Shown here in pieces: positions 61,535-64,000 of a stretch of 64,000 nucleotides of DNA. The notes under the pieces were generated by a model that did not search any database, was not told where the DNA came from, and saw only the letters and a list, made by a program, of their open reading frames with translations. Made by a program: the position numbers and the translations under genes. Origin of the DNA: a virus (lineage: Duplodnaviria; Caudoviricetes); the IMG/VR virus record IMGVR_UViG_3300012983_000039, positions 27,306 to 91,305 of that record; one strand, 5' to 3'. The first letter of the stretch is position 1. Each line of letters opens with the position of its first letter.

Positions 61535-61599
61535 TTAATAAATTGTTTACAAATAAATTTTAAAAAGGTATTGACTTTTATTAAGGAATATGTTATAAT
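61535..61599 (+). promoter_or_regulatory. Cassette 1 promoter with upstream 18-mer
   Basis: TTAATAAATTGTTTACAA at 61535; TTGACT 61571; TG-TATAAT 61594. Confidence 0.88.
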
Positions 61600-61643
61600 A
61601 TAAATGTAATCAAGAGAAACCAATTTTAAAGGAGTCGATTTTA

Positions 61644-61850
61644 ATGAGTAGAGTATACGATTTTGATAACCTTGAGACCTTATCTGAGGTTCTCGGAATG
61701 GACCTTCAACTGGGTTGCGGTGATTATATCGACCGCAGCAGTGGCGATAGTGTCGCAGAGTGCGACCACTATTTCGACTGGCAACTCATCCAATTATTGG
61801 ACGAGTTGTCCGATGAACAGGTTTTACCTGTTCTTTACAGAGGGAATTAA
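61644..61850 (+). CDS. Small acidic early protein (cassette 1)
   Basis: Promoter, AAGGAG RBS, 68 aa, terminator. Confidence 0.8.
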   Translation: MSRVYDFDNLETLSEVLGMDLQLGCGDYIDRSSGDSVAECDHYFDWQLIQLLDELSDEQVLPVLYRGN

Positions 61851-61863
61851 TTCCCTCTTTTTT
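61839..61863 (+). terminator. Cassette 1 terminator
   Basis: AGAGGGAATTAATTCCCTCTTTTTT. Confidence 0.85.
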
Positions 61864-62154
61864 CCAATAAAATTTTTGTTAAAAAATTAACAGCAATTCT
61901 AGGACCACTATGGTGTGGCGGCACTATGTGGTCCTAGTTTTACTTCCAATAAATAGAAGTTAATTGTGGTCCTAGAATTAGGACCACTATAAAGATAATT
62001 GCTTCCAATATATAGGAGTTGTTAAGATTTTAACAAATTGGTGTGGTCCTAGATTTATTTCCATTATATAGAAGTTGTTAAGATTTTAACAAAATTAAGT
62101 GGTCCTAGATTATTTCCAGATAATAGAAGTTGGGCCGCACTTCCAATAAATGTT

Positions 62155-62219
62155 TTAATAAATTGTTTACAATTAAATTTAAAAAAAGTATTGACTTTTA
62201 AATGTAGATATGTTATAAT
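62155..62219 (+). promoter_or_regulatory. Cassette 2 promoter with upstream 18-mer
   Basis: 18-mer at 62155; TTGACT 62191; TG-TATAAT 62214. Confidence 0.88.
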
Positions 62220-62272
62220 ATAAATGTAGTCAAGGGAACTACATCAAATATTATTCTTAGGAGTTGTTTTAG

Positions 62273-62488
62273 ATGAACAGAATGAAAAAGGAAAAAATTA
62301 GAAAACTACAAGAAAAATTGTATGGTTATGGACATTATTTTCCTAACCTGATTCCAGAGAAGTGGACATGGGAGTCCGCTTGGAAATTCAAGGAAGAACT
62401 GGTAAAAAGACGTGATGCCGGTGAGATTTCAGTAATTTCTTTTACCTTTCTTTATGGGGCAATTTGGGATTACATCAAATTGATGTAA
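62273..62488 (+). CDS. Small early protein (cassette 2)
   Basis: AGGAG RBS, 71 aa, terminator AGAGGGATTTAAATCCCTCTTTTT at ~62503. Confidence 0.8.
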   Translation: MNRMKKEKIRKLQEKLYGYGHYFPNLIPEKWTWESAWKFKEELVKRRDAGEISVISFTFLYGAIWDYIKLM

Positions 62489-62806
62489 TCCCAAAGGAAA
62501 TAAGAGGGATTTAAATCCCTCTTTTTCCCATTTAAAAATTCTGTTAAAAATTTAACAACTACTTCTAGGACCACAACCATTATATCCAATTCTTTACAGT
62601 TATGGTCCTACTTTATCTACCTTATTTTTACAGTTGTGGTCCTACTTTGTTATTCCAATTCCTTACAGTTGTGGTCCTAATTCTAGGACCATTTTCTCCT
62701 TATTCTACCACTCCAATTCTGGAATTAATTGGTAAGACAATAATTTCAAGCGAGCTGGAAAAAGCTAGAAATTATTGTGGTCCTACTTTATTTTCCTTTT
62801 AATTCC

Positions 62807-62872
62807 TTAATAAATTGTTTACAAATAAATTTTTAATTTTCTATTGACAATACCGCTCATATATGATATAAT
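62807..62872 (+). promoter_or_regulatory. Cassette 3 promoter with upstream 18-mer
   Basis: 18-mer at 62807; TTGACA 62844; TG-TATAAT 62867. Confidence 0.88.
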
Positions 62873-62923
62873 ATAAATGTAGTCAAGAGAGACTACATTA
62901 AAATTTAATAGGAGTTGGTAGAA

Positions 62924-63145
62924 ATGAATAGAAATCAGTATTTTGAGGGCGATGTTATCGCCACATCAACAGATTTCGGTGGTATAGAGGTATACTATAT
63001 CACTGATGAAAGAATGTATATAATGGTAGGAGTTATGGGTGATGAACCTACCAAACATAGAGCCAAAATTTACCACGATACTGAAATACCTTATATCAGG
63101 TTATACGGTAGACGTTTACGACTGGACTCTTTTATAAGAGTTTAG
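62924..63145 (+). CDS. Small early protein (cassette 3)
   Basis: AGGAG RBS then ATG 62924; terminator AGAGGGATTTAATCCCTCTTTTT at ~63159. Confidence 0.8.
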   Translation: MNRNQYFEGDVIATSTDFGGIEVYYITDERMYIMVGVMGDEPTKHRAKIYHDTEIPYIRLYGRRLRLDSFIRV

Positions 63146-63311
63146 TCTAAAGGAAATAAGAGGGATTTAATCCCTCTTTTTCCAACTAAAAAATCTGTTA
63201 AAAGTTTAACAATAATTCTAGGACCACTGCGCCGCCACTAGATAAACTTATCGTTTGTGGTCCTAAATCGCTTCCATTATATAGAAGTTGGGCCGCACTC
63301 CAATTACTTCC

Positions 63312-63377
63312 TTAATAAATTGTTTACAAATTAATTTTTAAAAAAGTATTGACATTTATATATGGATATGTTATAAT
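63312..63377 (+). promoter_or_regulatory. Cassette 4 promoter with upstream 18-mer
   Basis: 18-mer at 63312; TTGACA 63349; TG-TATAAT 63372. Confidence 0.88.
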
Positions 63378-63422
63378 ATAGGTGTAGTCAAGAGAGACTA
63401 TTAATATTTAAGGGGTATTCAT

Positions 63423-63620
63423 ATGAATATTTTACAATTGTGCCGTTTATCAGACTCTTTTAAGGAATATACCATTAACATGGTAAAGTGTAAAGTGTTA
63501 ACTGATAGGTTATACTATTTTATTCAGGCGAGTGCTATGTTGGAAGCTTGTTTGAATTTAGAACTCATAAATGAGTATGAGTTCGATCACATATATGCTG
63601 TTTTAAACAGATTATATTAA
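63423..63620 (+). CDS. Small early protein (cassette 4)
   Basis: AAGGGG RBS, 65 aa, hairpin ATCCCTAAAGC/GCTTTGGGGAT at ~63627-63659. Confidence 0.78.
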   Translation: MNILQLCRLSDSFKEYTINMVKCKVLTDRLYYFIQASAMLEACLNLELINEYEFDHIYAVLNRLY

Positions 63621-63934
63621 TTTTAAATCCCTAAAGCTTTTTTAGCTTTGGGGATTTTTCCCTTTTTGTTTTGTTAAAAATTTAACAAATAATTCTAGGA
63701 CCATTTATACTACTATTGGATAACTTTTACAGTTGTGGTCCTAATCTACTTCTAAAAGATGGAAGTTTAAAATGTGGTCCTACTTTTAGGACCACGGTTG
63801 TTAATTATTAACAAAATAATGTGGTCCTAGATTATTTCCTTTTATTTACAATTGTTTGTTAATTTTCTAACAATATTGTGGTCCTAGATTCACTTCCAGA
63901 TAATAGAAGTTGGGCCGCACTTCCAATAATTGTT

Positions 63935-63998
63935 TTAATAAATTGTTTACAAAAAATTTTTAAAATCTATTGACATTTCTTTTTATATATGTTATAAT
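63935..63998 (+). promoter_or_regulatory. Cassette 5 promoter (gene lies beyond the window)
   Basis: 18-mer at 63935; TTGACA 63970; TG-TATAAT 63993. Confidence 0.85.
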
Positions 63999-64000
63999 AT

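Noticed and set aside
60811-62802. ORFs 60811-61005, 61209-61403, 61663-61890 and 62602-62802
   Set aside because: They run through terminators and repeat tracts, lack RBSs, and translate the DNA repeats
60970-64000. CRISPR or mini-CRISPR array from the GTGGTCCTA repeats
   Set aside because: Repeats are 9-22 bp, in both orientations, irregularly spaced and interleaved with promoter-ORF-terminator units
1-64000. tRNA/rRNA genes and integrase
   Set aside because: No cloverleaf/T-loop signatures, rRNA or recombinase motifs recognised by eye; a tRNAscan/Aragorn run would be needed to be certain

Overview
A 64-kb, AT-rich (roughly 28-30% GC by eye) segment of a large tailed-phage genome with SPbeta/c-st-like siphovirus architecture, most likely infecting an anaerobic Firmicute (sigmaA-type promoters, GGAGG RBSs, clostridial-type Rex boxes). 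Layout: (1) 1-15.4 kb, + strand replication module: RecJ/DHH exonuclease (2 group I introns), free-standing HNH, DNA polymerase III alpha (4 group I introns plus an apparent +1 frameshift at a prfB-like CTT-TGA-C site), macro domain, ClpP, dUTPase, RuvC-like resolvase. (2) 15.4-59.8 kb, - strand virion module: terminase (1 intron), portal, scaffold/protease, capsid, neck, five tandem tail-tube paralogues, a ~2,500-aa tape measure (2 introns), Dit, Tal and an M23 peptidase. It ends in a six-gene cassette of Cys-rich, Q/N-rich and RG/Y-rich proteins with a putative Cys-His-Asp enzyme. (3) 59.8-64 kb, a repeat-rich divergent region followed by an array of one-gene expression cassettes (operator-like 18-mer, consensus sigmaA promoter, 5' hairpin, small ORF, terminator). 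The spacers are packed with TTGTTAA-N4-TTAACAA (Rex-like) boxes and a GTGGTCCTA-N4-TAGGACCAC palindrome. Nine group I introns were reconstructed by hand, and two have non-canonical splice-site chemistry. The best candidates for undescribed systems are the Cys-rich six-gene late cassette and the Rex-box/palindrome cassette array. All assignments come from motif reading only; no database searches were run.
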